A DNA stretch of 64,000 nt from an uncultured Acidimicrobiia bacterium (GTDB taxonomy: Bacteria > Actinomycetota > Acidimicrobiia > Spongiisociales > ZC4RG35), in assembly GCA_963790345.1 (NCBI GenBank), contig CAWBOD010000012.1, positions 148,188 to 212,187 of the forward strand, in the 5' to 3' direction. Position 1 is the first letter of the stretch. Each line of letters begins with the position of its first letter. The position numbers and the translations under genes were made by a program. The notes beneath the pieces were generated by a model. It had not been told where the DNA came from, made no database searches, and worked only from the letters and a program-made list of their open reading frames with translations. Below are positions 46,762 through 56,901 of this stretch, one piece after another.

Positions 46762-46874
46762 CGAAATTTGGTCATTGGCGCCCGCTGTGGTCGTAATTCG
46801 GTCATTGATGATCGAGTACCGAGTCTGAGTGACCGGATTTGCGTGCCGCCGTTCGTCAGTGACCAAATTTGGCG
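46762..46874. repeat. Four copies of a motif of about 16 nt (AAAT[TC][TC]GGTCA core): two direct, then two inverted, 30-nt spacing within each pair
   Basis: Copy 1 is cgaaatttggtcattg (46762-46777) and copy 2 is cgtaattcggtcattg (46792-46807). Copy 3 is agtgaccggatttgcg (46828-46843) and copy 4 is agtgaccaaatttggcg (46858-46874). Copies 1 and 4 are complementary over 11 nt and copies 2 and 3 over 9 of 10 nt. Copy 4 contains the perfect palindrome CCAAATTTGG. Confidence 0.7.
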
Positions 46875-46889
46875 AACTCAGAAGCTCAA

Positions 46890-49136
46890 TTAGGCGGTGA
46901 AAGCGCGGAGGACGTTCTCCGTTATGCGTGACACGTTGTTGTCGTACGAGTTGTGGGAGAGGCTCCCGAACCAGTTGATCGAGCTAACCGAGAAAACGGC
47001 TCCTCCGTTCTGGGTCTCGAAATAGACCATGTCCGCTCGGACTCGGGAATTGTCGGTCCCGTGGATCTCCCTCGTCATGACATTCATCTCGTCACGCGCG
47101 ACCAGGTAGAAGTCGCTATGCAAACCCTCCGACGTGGCCAAACCGCAATGCATGCGGGGGCGAGCCGAGGGCGGGTTCGATTCTGTCCAGTTCGTCTCCG
47201 GCCGCACCGCCCATCACGAGACCGAAGTCCCCGATCACCTCGTCGTCGCCGATTCCCTCGAAGATGAATGCCGCTGCGAGGGTCGTGGGAGTCCGCCAAC
47301 CGCTTGTATCCCGGTGCCTTGAGGTCCCAGCCCTGGGCGGTGAATCCGGTGCCGGCCAACAGGTTCGGCGGACGGCCTCGATGCCTCCAGATGCCACCGA
47401 GCTCACCGGTGCTGGCGAGATAGACCTCACCCGGATGGCTATCCCATGCCCGCGACCCGGAGAAGCCACGCCGTACTTCGATGACGTGATCGCGTTCTGG
47501 GTCGAAGGCGGTCACCCAGTAGAACCCGTTGCCTCCGAGATACGCCAGGTGTCCCCCCTGATGGAGGTAGCTCTCCAAGGCGTCGAGCATCTGCTCGGTC
47601 CAGTACTCCGGGTGGCTTCCGGTGACCAGCACCTTGTATCGGCTGAGTAGACCGGTTCCCTGTTTGTGCAGGTCCTCATCCGTAGCCACGTCGTAGGCGA
47701 AAGCCCTTGGCTTCGAGCCAGTCCACCATATTGAGGTCGAACGGGAAGTGGCGGGGTCCGTTGCTCACCCAATGGCGATGCGTCGGCCGCATCGAGACGA
47801 TCGGCCGTAAGTAGTGCGAGTAGGCGATGCCGCTGCCGTCACTGTGCACGTCATACAGCGAAGCCCCGTACTCGCGATGCGCATCGAGGAAGACGTCATA
47901 CGGATCGATGACGATCGGGACGTTGGTCAGCCCGGTGAAGTCGAAGCCGCCCGACCAGATGACGCTCTCGTTGGCATATGCCAGGTAGTTGTTGGTCGGC
48001 ATGAGGTAGAGAACATCAGCCGTCGCGGTCCCGTCCGGCGGACGCACGAAGAACGGGATGTAGTCAACGACTCCGCCGGCTTCGAGGCGTGCGGCATAAC
48101 ATCCGCTTCGCAACCCATCGGGTATCTCCCAGGTGAAGTCGGCCAGCCACCGGGAATCTTCGAAGTCGTCGTCATGGAAGTGGATGGCCCCATACTTGGC
48201 GGGCGCGTCGGCGTAGTTGTAGACAGAAGTATCCCAGTTGTGGCCGTGCATCGCCCGGGTCGGGAGGTTGATGGCCTCCCCGTGATACCCACCGACGACA
48301 TCGCTGATCTCGTCGGGAGCTCGGATGCGGTCGCTGGCGAAGTCCCAGGCCGCCACCAGCCCGTCGATCGAGGCAACCGCCGTGTCTCGTGCATCGAAAG
48401 AGCGTTCAGTTCGGATTCGGATAGTGGGCGATCGAAGAGATGGGGATTCTCGATCTTGCCGTTGTAACAAGCCCGCGGGATCGGTGCTGTCGGAGGGTTC
48501 CATCCATCCGGCGCCGATCAGGAAGGGCCCGCCGGCGCCGGCGGCCTCTCCTGGCTCGAACTTGGCCGAGAGGTCGACGACCGCATCACTGATCGGCCAG
48601 TCCGGCTGCATCCGAGACATGAGCCGGGCCTCTCCGCTGTTGGCGTCGAAAGTCGCCGCAACGAAATACCACAGACCCTGCCTGAGCGGCTCGCCGGCGG
48701 TGAGGGTGTGGTCCCTGCCCCCGGCACTTCTGACCTTGAAAGTGAGATTCCCTGTCTCATCGATGAAGAGCCCGTAGCCACCTTCCTCGGGCGACCAACG
48801 GGTCATGATTCCCTGCAGGCGACCCAGGACCGGATTCGTCGGCCATATCCACGCATGCAATGTGAAGCCATCGGGCGTTGCGGGCGTCTGCGGAACACTG
48901 ACGAACGAGCCGGTATGCGTCTCCTGCCGGCGACCGGGGTAGCGACCGTTGACGGCGGCATCGATGTCCTCGACCTTGTGCCCGGGGCCCTCGGGGTTGA
49001 CGTCGCCATGGATCAGCCGAACTATCCGGGCCTCGTATTCATCGAACTCGGAGCTCACCATGAAATCGACCGCGTCTCCGGCCTGGGCCGAGAGCTTGCC
49101 CGCGTACCCGATGAGTTCCTTGCGCGTCTCCGACAT
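46890..49136 (-). pseudogene. N,N-dimethylformamidase large-subunit-family protein, paralogue 2, with 5 frame disruptions
   Basis: It is collinear with paralogue 1 throughout (MSETRKELIGYAGKLSAQAGDAVDFMVSSEFDEYEARIVRLIHGD...VSRITENVLRAFTA) but spread over ORFs 47676..49184, 47084..47689, 47116..47469 and 46890..47207. The shifts are at about 48474, about 48390, about 47700, about 47281 and about 47141. ATG at 49136 follows GGAGG. Confidence 0.75.
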
Positions 49137-49198
49137 TCCCGCTGCCTCCGGCCGATGGTTGGCGGGAAAGTAGCTTGTGGCCAACCGGCGGTCAACCG

Positions 49199-49211
49199 TC
49201 TTTATACAATC
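49199..49211 (-). promoter_or_regulatory. Second copy of the 13-mer tctttatacaatc (minus strand GATTGTATAAAGA) upstream of DMFase paralogue 2
   Basis: Identical to 39149-39161. It lies 63-75 nt upstream of ATG 49136, and the flanking intergenic sequence is otherwise unrelated. Confidence 0.45.
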
Positions 49212-49235
49212 TCAAACCGGCCAGACACACGATCT

Positions 49236-49241
49236 TATAAT
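49236..49241 (+). promoter_or_regulatory. Putative -10 element (consensus TATAAT) for the hyuB-1 operon
   Basis: gatcTTATAATgtttg lies 75 nt upstream of GTG 49316. It is AT-rich in a GC-rich context. Confidence 0.4.
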
Positions 49242-49315
49242 GTTTGTTTGCTCGTTTCACGGCCGGAGGGGGCCCGGTCCTCTATCGATCACCGCTCGGG
49301 TTGACAGGAGACGTA

Positions 49316-51331
49316 GTGCAGGAGCACAACCGGATTGAATACCAGCTCCTCTACCCGAAATGTGCTCTGACCGGGAGGATGATCTTCCCCGGCGAGGCCT
49401 TCGTGCAGGGTGAGGCCGGGAAGGTCTATGTGGACTCGGTGGCGAGGACTCTCGACGAGTCCGGGCGCCTCGAAATCGATTCTTCCGAAATCGGGCCCTG
49501 GTTGCAGCAGACGGACCTCGAACCCGACCCACGCGCCGATCCCATCACCCTCGAGGTGGTCAGGGGTGCCCTCACCTCCATTTGGACCGAGATGCAGTTC
49601 ACCATGACGAGAACTGCCTACTCCCCCATCTTCTTCGAGGGGGAAGACTTCACGGTGACCATCCTCGACGCGGATCTCCGGATCGTCTCCACCCGGGAGG
49701 GATTTCCCTCACAGATGGGTGCCATGCAGCAGGCGGCCCGAGCGGCCCTCGCCCCGTTTGGCCGGGCGGGTCTGGAACCGGGTGACGTCATCCTCCACAA
49801 CTCTTCTCACATCGGAACACCCCACCTGCCTGAGTTCTCCATGACGATGCCGGTGTTCCGGGGCGATCGATTGGTCGCCTTCGTCGAGACCATTGCCCAC
49901 CACGCCGATGTCGGCGGCAAGGCTCCGGGCGGGATGCCTGGCGACGCTACCGACATCCACCAGGAGGGCGTCATCATCCCGCCAGTCAAGTTCTTCGTAC
50001 GGGGTCAGCCCAACGAGGAACTTTGGCGCATCGTCCTCTCCAACACCCGTACGCCGGACTCCAGCTACGGAGACTTCATGGCCATGTATGGCTCGCTGGT
50101 GACGGGACACCGCCGCCTTCTCGAGCTCTTCGACCGTTTGGGCGATGACGAAACGCTTCTGTACATGCGTGAGCTCCAGAAGTACTCCGAACGAAGGACC
50201 AGGGGGTGCATCCGCGACATTCCCAATGGTGTCTACGAGTCGACGATCTATGCCGACGACGACGGTGTCACCGCCGACCCGCATCTGATCAAGCTGAACA
50301 TGACGGTCCTCGACGAAGACATCGTCCTCGACTTCCGCGGATCGGGTCCGCAGGCGGCAGGACCGATCAACAATCCTTACACGGTCACCCTCGCTGCCAG
50401 CGTCAACGCCCTCTTCAACGTCTTTGAGGCAAGCATCCCCCACAACGAGGGCGCCTTCCGCCCGATCCATCTGATCGCCCCTCCCGGAACGATCGTCAAT
50501 TGCAATTACCCGGCCGCATTGTCCTCCGGCAATACCGAGACCCACAACCTCGTGGCCGAAGTCGTGATCGCCGCCCTCCGCCAAGCGGTGCCGGAAAGGG
50601 TCATGGCCCCGACCGGGGCCACGACGGGCTTGATCACCGGTGGCGGCATCCACCCCGATCTCCATGAGTTCTACGCCTTCGTCCTCTGGGAGCCGACCGG
50701 CTACGGGGCCAGGCTCAATCAAGATGGATACACAGCGACCACCTGGGTCGCCCCCCAGGCGAGGCAGTTCTCCACTGAAGTATTGGAGACGAAGCTGCCG
50801 TGGCGAATAGCGGACTACTCGCTGCGCCGAGACTCCGGGGGGCCGGGCCGGACCCGGGGCGGGATGGGGGTAACCCGAACCCACGAGATGCTGTCAGACG
50901 AACAGGTTTTCAACTCGATCGCCCACTTCCATCGTTTTCCCCCGAAGGGGGTCGACGGCGGATCGGATGGCATGACAGGCGAAGTCCGCATCGTGGAAAG
51001 GGGAGGAAGCGAGATCACCGCCCCGCAGCGGTCGGCCGGCGCCAGGTCGCCTTCCAAGTTCACCGGCATCGAGGTTCGAAGAGGCGAAAGCGTTGTCGTG
51101 CGCCTACCGGGCGGGGCCGGATGGGGCCCGCCTGGCGAGCGTGACAGAGCTGCAATCGCACGCGATCTGGGGGACGACCTCATCTCCCTGGAGGCCGCGG
51201 TAGAAATCTATGGCCTGGACCGTGCCGAGGCCGAGGAGATTGCTTCCCGGTATTCCTGGGATCGCAAACGGCAGGCCTATCGAGCCCGAACCGGCTCATC
51301 AGGTGAGACTTCCGAGGCGGTCGCGACGTGA
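49316..51331 (+). CDS. hyuB: Hydantoinase B / oxoprolinase family protein (HyuB-type), copy 1, intact, with an extra N-terminal segment of about 70 aa
   Basis: GTG at 49316 lies 5 nt after AGGAG (49306-49310). The HyuB core starts at DPITLEVVRGALTSIWTEMQFTMTRTAYSPIFFEGEDF and continues to SGGPGRTRGG. The ORF-track start, TTG 49244, lies only 3 nt downstream of the putative -10 hexamer (49236-49241) and so probably upstream of or at the transcription start. Confidence 0.8.
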   Translation: MQEHNRIEYQLLYPKCALTGRMIFPGEAFVQGEAGKVYVDSVARTLDESGRLEIDSSEIGPWLQQTDLEPDPRADPITLEVVRGALTSIWTEMQFTMTRTAYSPIFFEGEDFTVTILDADLRIVSTREGFPSQMGAMQQAARAALAPFGRAGLEPGDVILHNSSHIGTPHLPEFSMTMPVFRGDRLVAFVETIAHHADVGGKAPGGMPGDATDIHQEGVIIPPVKFFVRGQPNEELWRIVLSNTRTPDSSYGDFMAMYGSLVTGHRRLLELFDRLGDDETLLYMRELQKYSERRTRGCIRDIPNGVYESTIYADDDGVTADPHLIKLNMTVLDEDIVLDFRGSGPQAAGPINNPYTVTLAASVNALFNVFEASIPHNEGAFRPIHLIAPPGTIVNCNYPAALSSGNTETHNLVAEVVIAALRQAVPERVMAPTGATTGLITGGGIHPDLHEFYAFVLWEPTGYGARLNQDGYTATTWVAPQARQFSTEVLETKLPWRIADYSLRRDSGGPGRTRGGMGVTRTHEMLSDEQVFNSIAHFHRFPPKGVDGGSDGMTGEVRIVERGGSEITAPQRSAGARSPSKFTGIEVRRGESVVVRLPGGAGWGPPGERDRAAIARDLGDDLISLEAAVEIYGLDRAEAEEIASRYSWDRKRQAYRARTGSSGETSEAVAT

Positions 51332-53387
51332 TCGTGGGCGTCGACATCGGAGGTACTTTCACCGACCTCGTGGCGGTTGACGGGGCCACCGGAGCACAGG
51401 CCTATCACAAGCTCCCGTCCACGCCCGACGATCCCGCCCGAGCGGTGATCGAAGGTCTCGAGCAGATGGGAATCGATCTCGGGACGGTGGAGCGGCTGAT
51501 CCATGGCACCACGCTTGCCACCAACACGATCCTGCAGCGCAATGGGGCAGTGACCGGCCTGGTGACGACCGCGGGGCATCGTGACGTATTGCAGATCAGG
51601 AGAGGGAACAAGCCGGAGAGCCAGGTCTTCAACCCGCTGTGGGAGGAGCCCACGCCGATCGTCCCGAGGTACCTGCGGGTCGATGTAACGGAGCGCACCG
51701 ACTACCAGGGAAACGAGATCGACGCCGCTGGATGAGGGCGAGCTGCGGCTGGGCGCTCGACCACCTCGTCTGTCTCGGTGTCGAGGCTGTGGCGGTTTGC
51801 TTCCTCTTCTCCTACCTCAGCAAAGACCACGAGGTCCGTGCGCGCGAGATCATCGAGTCGGAGTATCCGCAACTGGCGGTCTCGGTGTCCCACGAAATCC
51901 TCCCCCAGTGGCGAGAGTACGAGCGCACGGCGACGACCGTGGCCGATGCCTATGTCAAGCCCCGCATGGGGGCGTATATCGAGCCACCTCGAGTCGACCC
52001 TGAGGACGCTTGGCTACGACCATGGTCTCCTGATCATGAGGTCGAATGGCGGCATCATGTCGGGTGCGCGAGCTCGACAGCGGCCGGTAGAAACCTTCTT
52101 GTCAGGACCCGCTGCGGGAGTTGTCGCCGGCCGGTACACGGGTCGTCACACCGGCAACGGCAACCTCATCGTCGTCGACATGGGGGGCACCAGCGCTGAC
52201 GTCTCCCTGATCACCCGCGGGGAGCCGAGCGCGACGACCCAGAGCTTCATCGACGACGTGACGCCGCTCAACATCGCCATGCTCGACATTCGAACCATCG
52301 GAGCTGGAGGCGGATCGGTTGCATGGATCGATCCCGGCGGTGTACTCAAGGTCGGACCCGCGAGCGCCGGCGCGGACCCGGGCCCGGCTTGCTACGACCG
52401 GGGCGGACAACTGCCGACAGTTACAGACGCCAATGTGGTGCTGGGTCGGATCGGAACTGACACGTTGCTGGGCGGTCGGGTTCGCATCGATCCTGATCTC
52501 GCATTGGAGGCGATCGAGCGACACATCGCCCGACCACTAGGCATCGACCCGGTCCAGGCCGCGGCAGGGATCGTTCGGGTCACCGTTGCCAACATGGCTG
52601 CAGCGATTCGAGCTGTTACCGCCGAGCGGGGCGTGGATCCTCGCCAGTACTCGATGTTGGCGGGAGGCGGGGGCGGGCCGTTGCATTGCCCTCTTGCTCG
52701 CCCGCGAGTTCGGGATGGACCGTGTGATCGTTCCCGCCTACCCGGGCCTGATGTCGGCCTCGGGCCTCGTTCTCTCCGATCTTCGGGTAGAAGTCGATCA
52801 GATCCTCGCCGATGCGTCTCGAGCGCGATGGGACTGCAGGCGTTGGCCGCGACTTGCTCTTCGATGCTCGAGGAGGCGATCGCGGAGTTGCGTGAGGAGG
52901 GATTCGAAGGGAACCCTTCCACCTCCCTCACTCTGGTCATGCGTTATCTCGGACAGAACTGGGAGATCGACGTGCCGGTCGTCGCCGACGAGTTGACGGT
53001 GGAGTCGCTGTCGCGTGAGTTCGATCAGACCCACCAAAAGCTTTACGGCTTCGATCTGCCCTCGCACCAGCACGAAATACTGGCGATTCGGACTGCGGCG
53101 GTGGGCCCCACACCTGGAGCCGACGACCTGGTACCCCGCCGGCCAGGCCAAAACCGGCGCCCGCCGCTGATGAGGGGCCGGCACCCAGCCGAGACTCGGC
53201 GAATGTGGAACGACCTGGTCGGCCAAATTCGAACACTGCCCCGTGTTCGCCCGCGATGCCCTCCAACCTGGCGACGAAGATCCTCGGTCCCGGCCACGAT
53301 CGAGGGGCCGATTCCGCGGTTTGGCTTCCGGCCGGTGCGCGAAGTTCCGTGGATCCCGATGGCAATATCATCGTAAATCTGGTCTGA
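51328..53387 (+). pseudogene. hyuA: Hydantoinase A / oxoprolinase family protein (HyuA-type), copy 1, with about 9 frame changes
   Basis: GTG at 51328 overlaps the hyuB-1 stop (GTGA). MIVGVDIGGTFTDLV... can be followed through all three frames. The pieces are ...YQGNEID|PLDEGELRL|ALDHLVCLGVEAVAVCFLFSYL...KPRMGAYI|SHLESTLRTLGYDHGLLIMRSNGG...VDMGGTSADV...GGGGGPLHC|IALLLAREFGMDRVIVPAYPGLMSASGL...|...MRYLGQNWEIDV...|KFEHCPVFARDALQPGDE|ILGP|ATIEGP|DSAVWLPAGARSSVDPDGNIIVNLV, ending at stop 53385-53387. The approximate shift sites are 51726, 51757, 51985, 52685, 52815, 53222, 53275, 53292 and 53310. Confidence 0.75.
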
Positions 53388-53404
53388 TTCGGAGGAGAGC
53401 CCCA

Positions 53405-54716
53405 ATGCCCCAAGCCCGCCCCGCAGTGGAAGCCGAGTACGGCGATGTCGCCAGCAGCGACATGAGCTGGCAATACAAAGGCTGGCCCGAATCGGCGGCT
53501 TCCGTCACGATCGACGCCATCGGAGAGCAACGATGGAACATATTCGAGGACGACTTCCTCTTCCCCGTGATGGTCGCTGCATGAGGAAGCCCTAAACCAC
53601 AACACCTCAGAACGATGAGCCGATTCTGTGAAGACAACCAGATATCGGTGGCTCCCCACGGCAAGACCCACATGTCTCCCGAGCTGACCCGTCTCCAGCT
53701 GGAGGCTGGAGCGTGGGGCATCACCGCCGCCACGATCAGCCAAGCCCGCATCTTCCGCAGGTTCGGGGTCGACCGGGTGCTTCTGGCGAATCAGGTCGTC
53801 GATCCAAGCGCGCTGCGATGGGTGTGGCGAGAGCTCCAGGACTTCGCCGACTTCCAATTCGTCTGTCTGGTCGACTCGGTCGACTGCGCCGAGGTCATGG
53901 AAGCGGCGCTCGTCGAGCCTGCCGACAGGGCCGTCCCATCGATGTCCTGGTCGAGCTCGGACTCGAGTCGGGGAGGACCGGGAGCCGAACCGTCGACGAG
54001 GCCACCGGCGTCGCAAGCGAAGATCGGTCATTCGGAACGATTGAACCTCGTCGGGGTCGAGGGATATGAGGGCATCCTCCACTACACCGGCGACGACTTC
54101 ACTGCCGTCGACGCTTTCCTCCTTCGGGTCCGCGAACTCACCGAGAGGCTGGATTCCGCAAGGCGCGTTCGACCATCTGCCGGAGGTTCTGGTGACCGCG
54201 GGAGGGAGCATGTTCCCCGATCGTGTGGCCAAGATCCTCGGCGGCCAATGGAACCTGAATCGCCCGGTCAGGACCATCATCCGCGCCGGAGGGTATGTCA
54301 CCCACGATTCGATCCTCTATGCCGAGTCCGGGCCGTTCGGCGTCCGTCCTCCCATGGACCGATACCCGGCGTTGATTCCCGCCCTGTACCTGTGGGCCTA
54401 CGTTCTCTCCCGTCCCGAGCCCGGTCTCGCCCTGGCCGGGTTCGGAAAACGAGATGTCTCCTTCGACGTCGATCTTCCGATCCCTTTGTATCTCCGGCGT
54501 GGAAAGACGACCTCGGCCCTCGACGGTGAACTGGAGGTGTTCGGGCTCAACGACCAACACGCTTACATCCGGGTCCCACCCGACTTCGATCTCGCGGTAG
54601 GCGACATCGTGGGTTGCGGGATCTCCCACCCCTGTGCGACGTTCGATCGCTGGCGGGCCATGCCCCTCGTGGACGACGACCACAACGTCCGGGGGGCAGT
54701 CAGGACCTTTTTCTGA
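53405..54716 (+). pseudogene. D-serine-dehydratase-like / alanine-racemase-N-domain PLP enzyme (DSD1 or D-threo-3-hydroxyaspartate-dehydratase type) with 5 frame disruptions
   Basis: The pieces are MPQARPAVEAEYGD...FLFPVMV|LHEEALNHNTSE|MSRFCEDNQISVAPHGKTHM (PLP-lysine motif)...LVEPAD|GRPIDVLVELGLESGRTGSRTVDEATGVA|IGHSERLNLVGVEGYEG...ERLDS|GAFDHLPEVLVTAGGS...GCGISHPCATFDRW. The shifts are at about 53576, 53613, 53927, 54025 and 54160. Confidence 0.65.
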
Positions 54717-55905
54717 GCGTCGAGAATCGGACACCGCGCGTCCGGCAGCGAGCGCCCGACCGACATGCTCAGGCGCCGGTCAACGGGCTTTCGTCGCGCG
54801 GTGGCCGGAGCCTTGCGCAGATTCTGCTGATGGTGGGCGAAAAGGTGGCTGTCGGTGACCGCAAATTTGAGTCGAACCGAGTCGCCGCTCTTGACCGGAG
54901 ACCGCGGAGGCATCCGCACCTGGACCGGCTGGCCACCGGCCACCTCGACGCTGACGTAGAGGTCCGAGCCGACGGGCTCCAAGAAGCGGATCGTCCCCGG
55001 AATTCCATCGTGGTCGGCCGGGGATAGGCCCAGGTCCTCCGGCCGAAGCCCCAGCCAGGCCTGGCCGGTCGCGTCCTCCAGGGCATCGAGCGGAATGTCC
55101 ATCGCCTCGGCGTCGATCTCCAATTCATAGCCCTCTCGCCGATACCACCAGCGACCTTCGGTGTAATCGAGGTCTCCGGGCAGGAGGTTCATGGGTGGCG
55201 CCCCCAGGAATCGGGCGACGAAGGTATTGGCGGGGAAGTCGTAGACGTCGGTCGGCCTGCCAACCTGCTGGATCCGGCCGCCTCGCATCACCGCCATCCG
55301 GTTACCCATCGTCATGGCTTCCACCTGATCGTGGGTGACATAGATCGTCGTGATTCCGAGATTCTCGTGGAGATCCATGAGTTCGAGCCGGGTTTGCAGC
55401 CGGAGTTGGGCGTCGAGGTTCGAGAGAGGTTCATCCATGAGGAAGACTCCCGGTTCTCTCACGATGGCACGAGCGAGGGCGACCCGCTGCCGCTGCCCAC
55501 CCGAGAGCTGCTCGGGGAGCCTGTTCAGCAACTCCCGATCTCGAGAATCTTCGAGGCTCGCTGAACGGCCTCCTCGATCGCCGGCCGGCCCAGCTTTGCC
55601 GTCTCCAGCGGGAACGCGACGTTCTTGTAAACGGTCATGTGTGGATAGAGGGCATAGTTCTGGAAAACCATCGCCACGTTGCGAAGGGTGGGATCTGTGA
55701 AGTTGACGATCCGATCGTCGATCACGATCTCACCCATCGTTGCATCTTCCAGTCCTGCGATCAGGCGGAGAATCGTGCTCTTTCCACATCCCGACGGTCC
55801 GAGCAGAACCAGGAACTCACCGTCGGAGATCTTCAACGAGACATCGTCGACGGCGACGACGCCACCGAAGCTTTTGGTCAAGTGTCGCAGCACCACTTCA
55901 GCCAT
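54563..55905 (-). pseudogene. Sugar ABC transporter ATP-binding protein (MsiK/MalK/UgpC-like), frame disrupted at about 55535; true 3' end uncertain
   Basis: ORF 55525..55905 has Walker A GPSGCGKST and ...SKILEIG. It continues (E)LLNRLPEQLSGGQRQRVALARAI...FLMDEPLSNLD in ORF 54563..55531. One g is missing in a GGGG run. After ...FAVTDSHLF the tail looks non-native and overlaps the convergent gene by 150 nt. The real stop is therefore probably near 54770-54830 in another frame. Confidence 0.75.
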
Positions 55906-55967
55906 CTAGTGCCACCGTGCCCATTCCTGTCCAATCCATATAGACCGCCTTCATCTCGAATTTCCAA

Positions 55968-56901
55968 TCACTGCTTGAGTGCCCCGGCCATGGACGCCTG
56001 CACGAACCACCTCTGGAAGAACAGGAACACGATCGTTATCGGTATCAGGGTCAGGAGTGCGGCGGCAGCCATGACGCCCCAGTTGGTCACGAACTGTCCG
56101 TTGAGGGAGGCGATCCCAACTGTCAGGACCCGGTACTTGTCGCCCGACGTGGCGACGAGTGGCCACAGGAACTGGGCCCACTGCATCATGAAAACGAATA
56201 TGGCGAGAACCACGAGCGCCGGCTTGATGAGAGGGAGAACGATCTTGCGCAGGATGCGCCAGTCTGAGGCCCCGTCGAGTTTTGCCGCCTCATAGAGGCC
56301 GGCGGGCAGGGTCTGGATGAATTGCCTCATCATGAACACTCCGAGGGGCGACACGCTCAGGGGCAGGATCAGCCCTCCGTAGGTGTCGAGCCCGATAATC
56401 GGCTTCCCGATGATCGGCCAGGTTCCAATCTCCCGAACCAGCAGGTAGGTCGGCGCCAGAACGGCGGCGACCGGAACCATGAGGGTGGCCAGCACGGCGA
56501 AGAAGATCAACTTCTTGCCCGGGAATGACAACCTCGCGAAGGCATAGCCCGCCAGGGTGTTGGTGATGAGCGTCAGGATCGTCGCCCCCGAGGCGAGGAT
56601 GATGGTGTTGAGGGCCCACCGGGCGTAACCGGTGTGCGTGAACAGGAAGCGGATAGTTCTCCAACGAAGGGTTGCTCGGAATCCATTGCGGTGGATATGC
56701 GAACAGCGACACGCTGTCTCGGAAGGCCGGGGAGATGAGGTAGATGACGGGGCCGACGGCCATCACCACGAAGATCGCGAGGATGGTGTAGGCGCCGCCG
56801 GCTCTGATTCTCCGAATGAGCCGATACCGACGCGACTCCTTCTCGTACTCGGCGAGATCCTCCTCGAAGGCGGACGACGCCTGGGGCACGGTGGCGGTCA
56901 C
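55968..56901 (-). pseudogene. Carbohydrate ABC transporter permease (MalG/UgpE-like), frame disrupted at about 56651
   Basis: GTG at 56901 overlaps the upstream permease stop (GTGA). ...FAYPPQWIPSNPSLENY|RFLFTHTGYARWALNTIILASG...AFARLSFPGKKLIFF... continues into ORF 55968..56531 (EAAKLDGAS EAA-loop). There is one extra c. Confidence 0.8.

Noticed and set aside
46762-46874. Possibility that the 30-nt-spaced repeats are a small CRISPR array.
   Set aside because: There are only four short (about 16 nt) imperfect copies, two of them in inverted orientation. No cas genes are present, and the spacers are far too short.
46669-46893. A 74-aa ORF covering the repeat array downstream of DMFase paralogue 2.
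   Set aside because: It has no SD and a non-protein-like composition. It is built from the inverted repeats themselves, so the region is better explained as non-coding repeat or regulatory DNA.
36899-49136. The two DMFase-like copies as boundaries of a mobile element or recent segmental duplication.
   Set aside because: They are only about 75-80% identical, lie in the same orientation with unrelated flanks, and no transposase, integrase or terminal repeats are present. This is an old paralogy rather than a mobile element.
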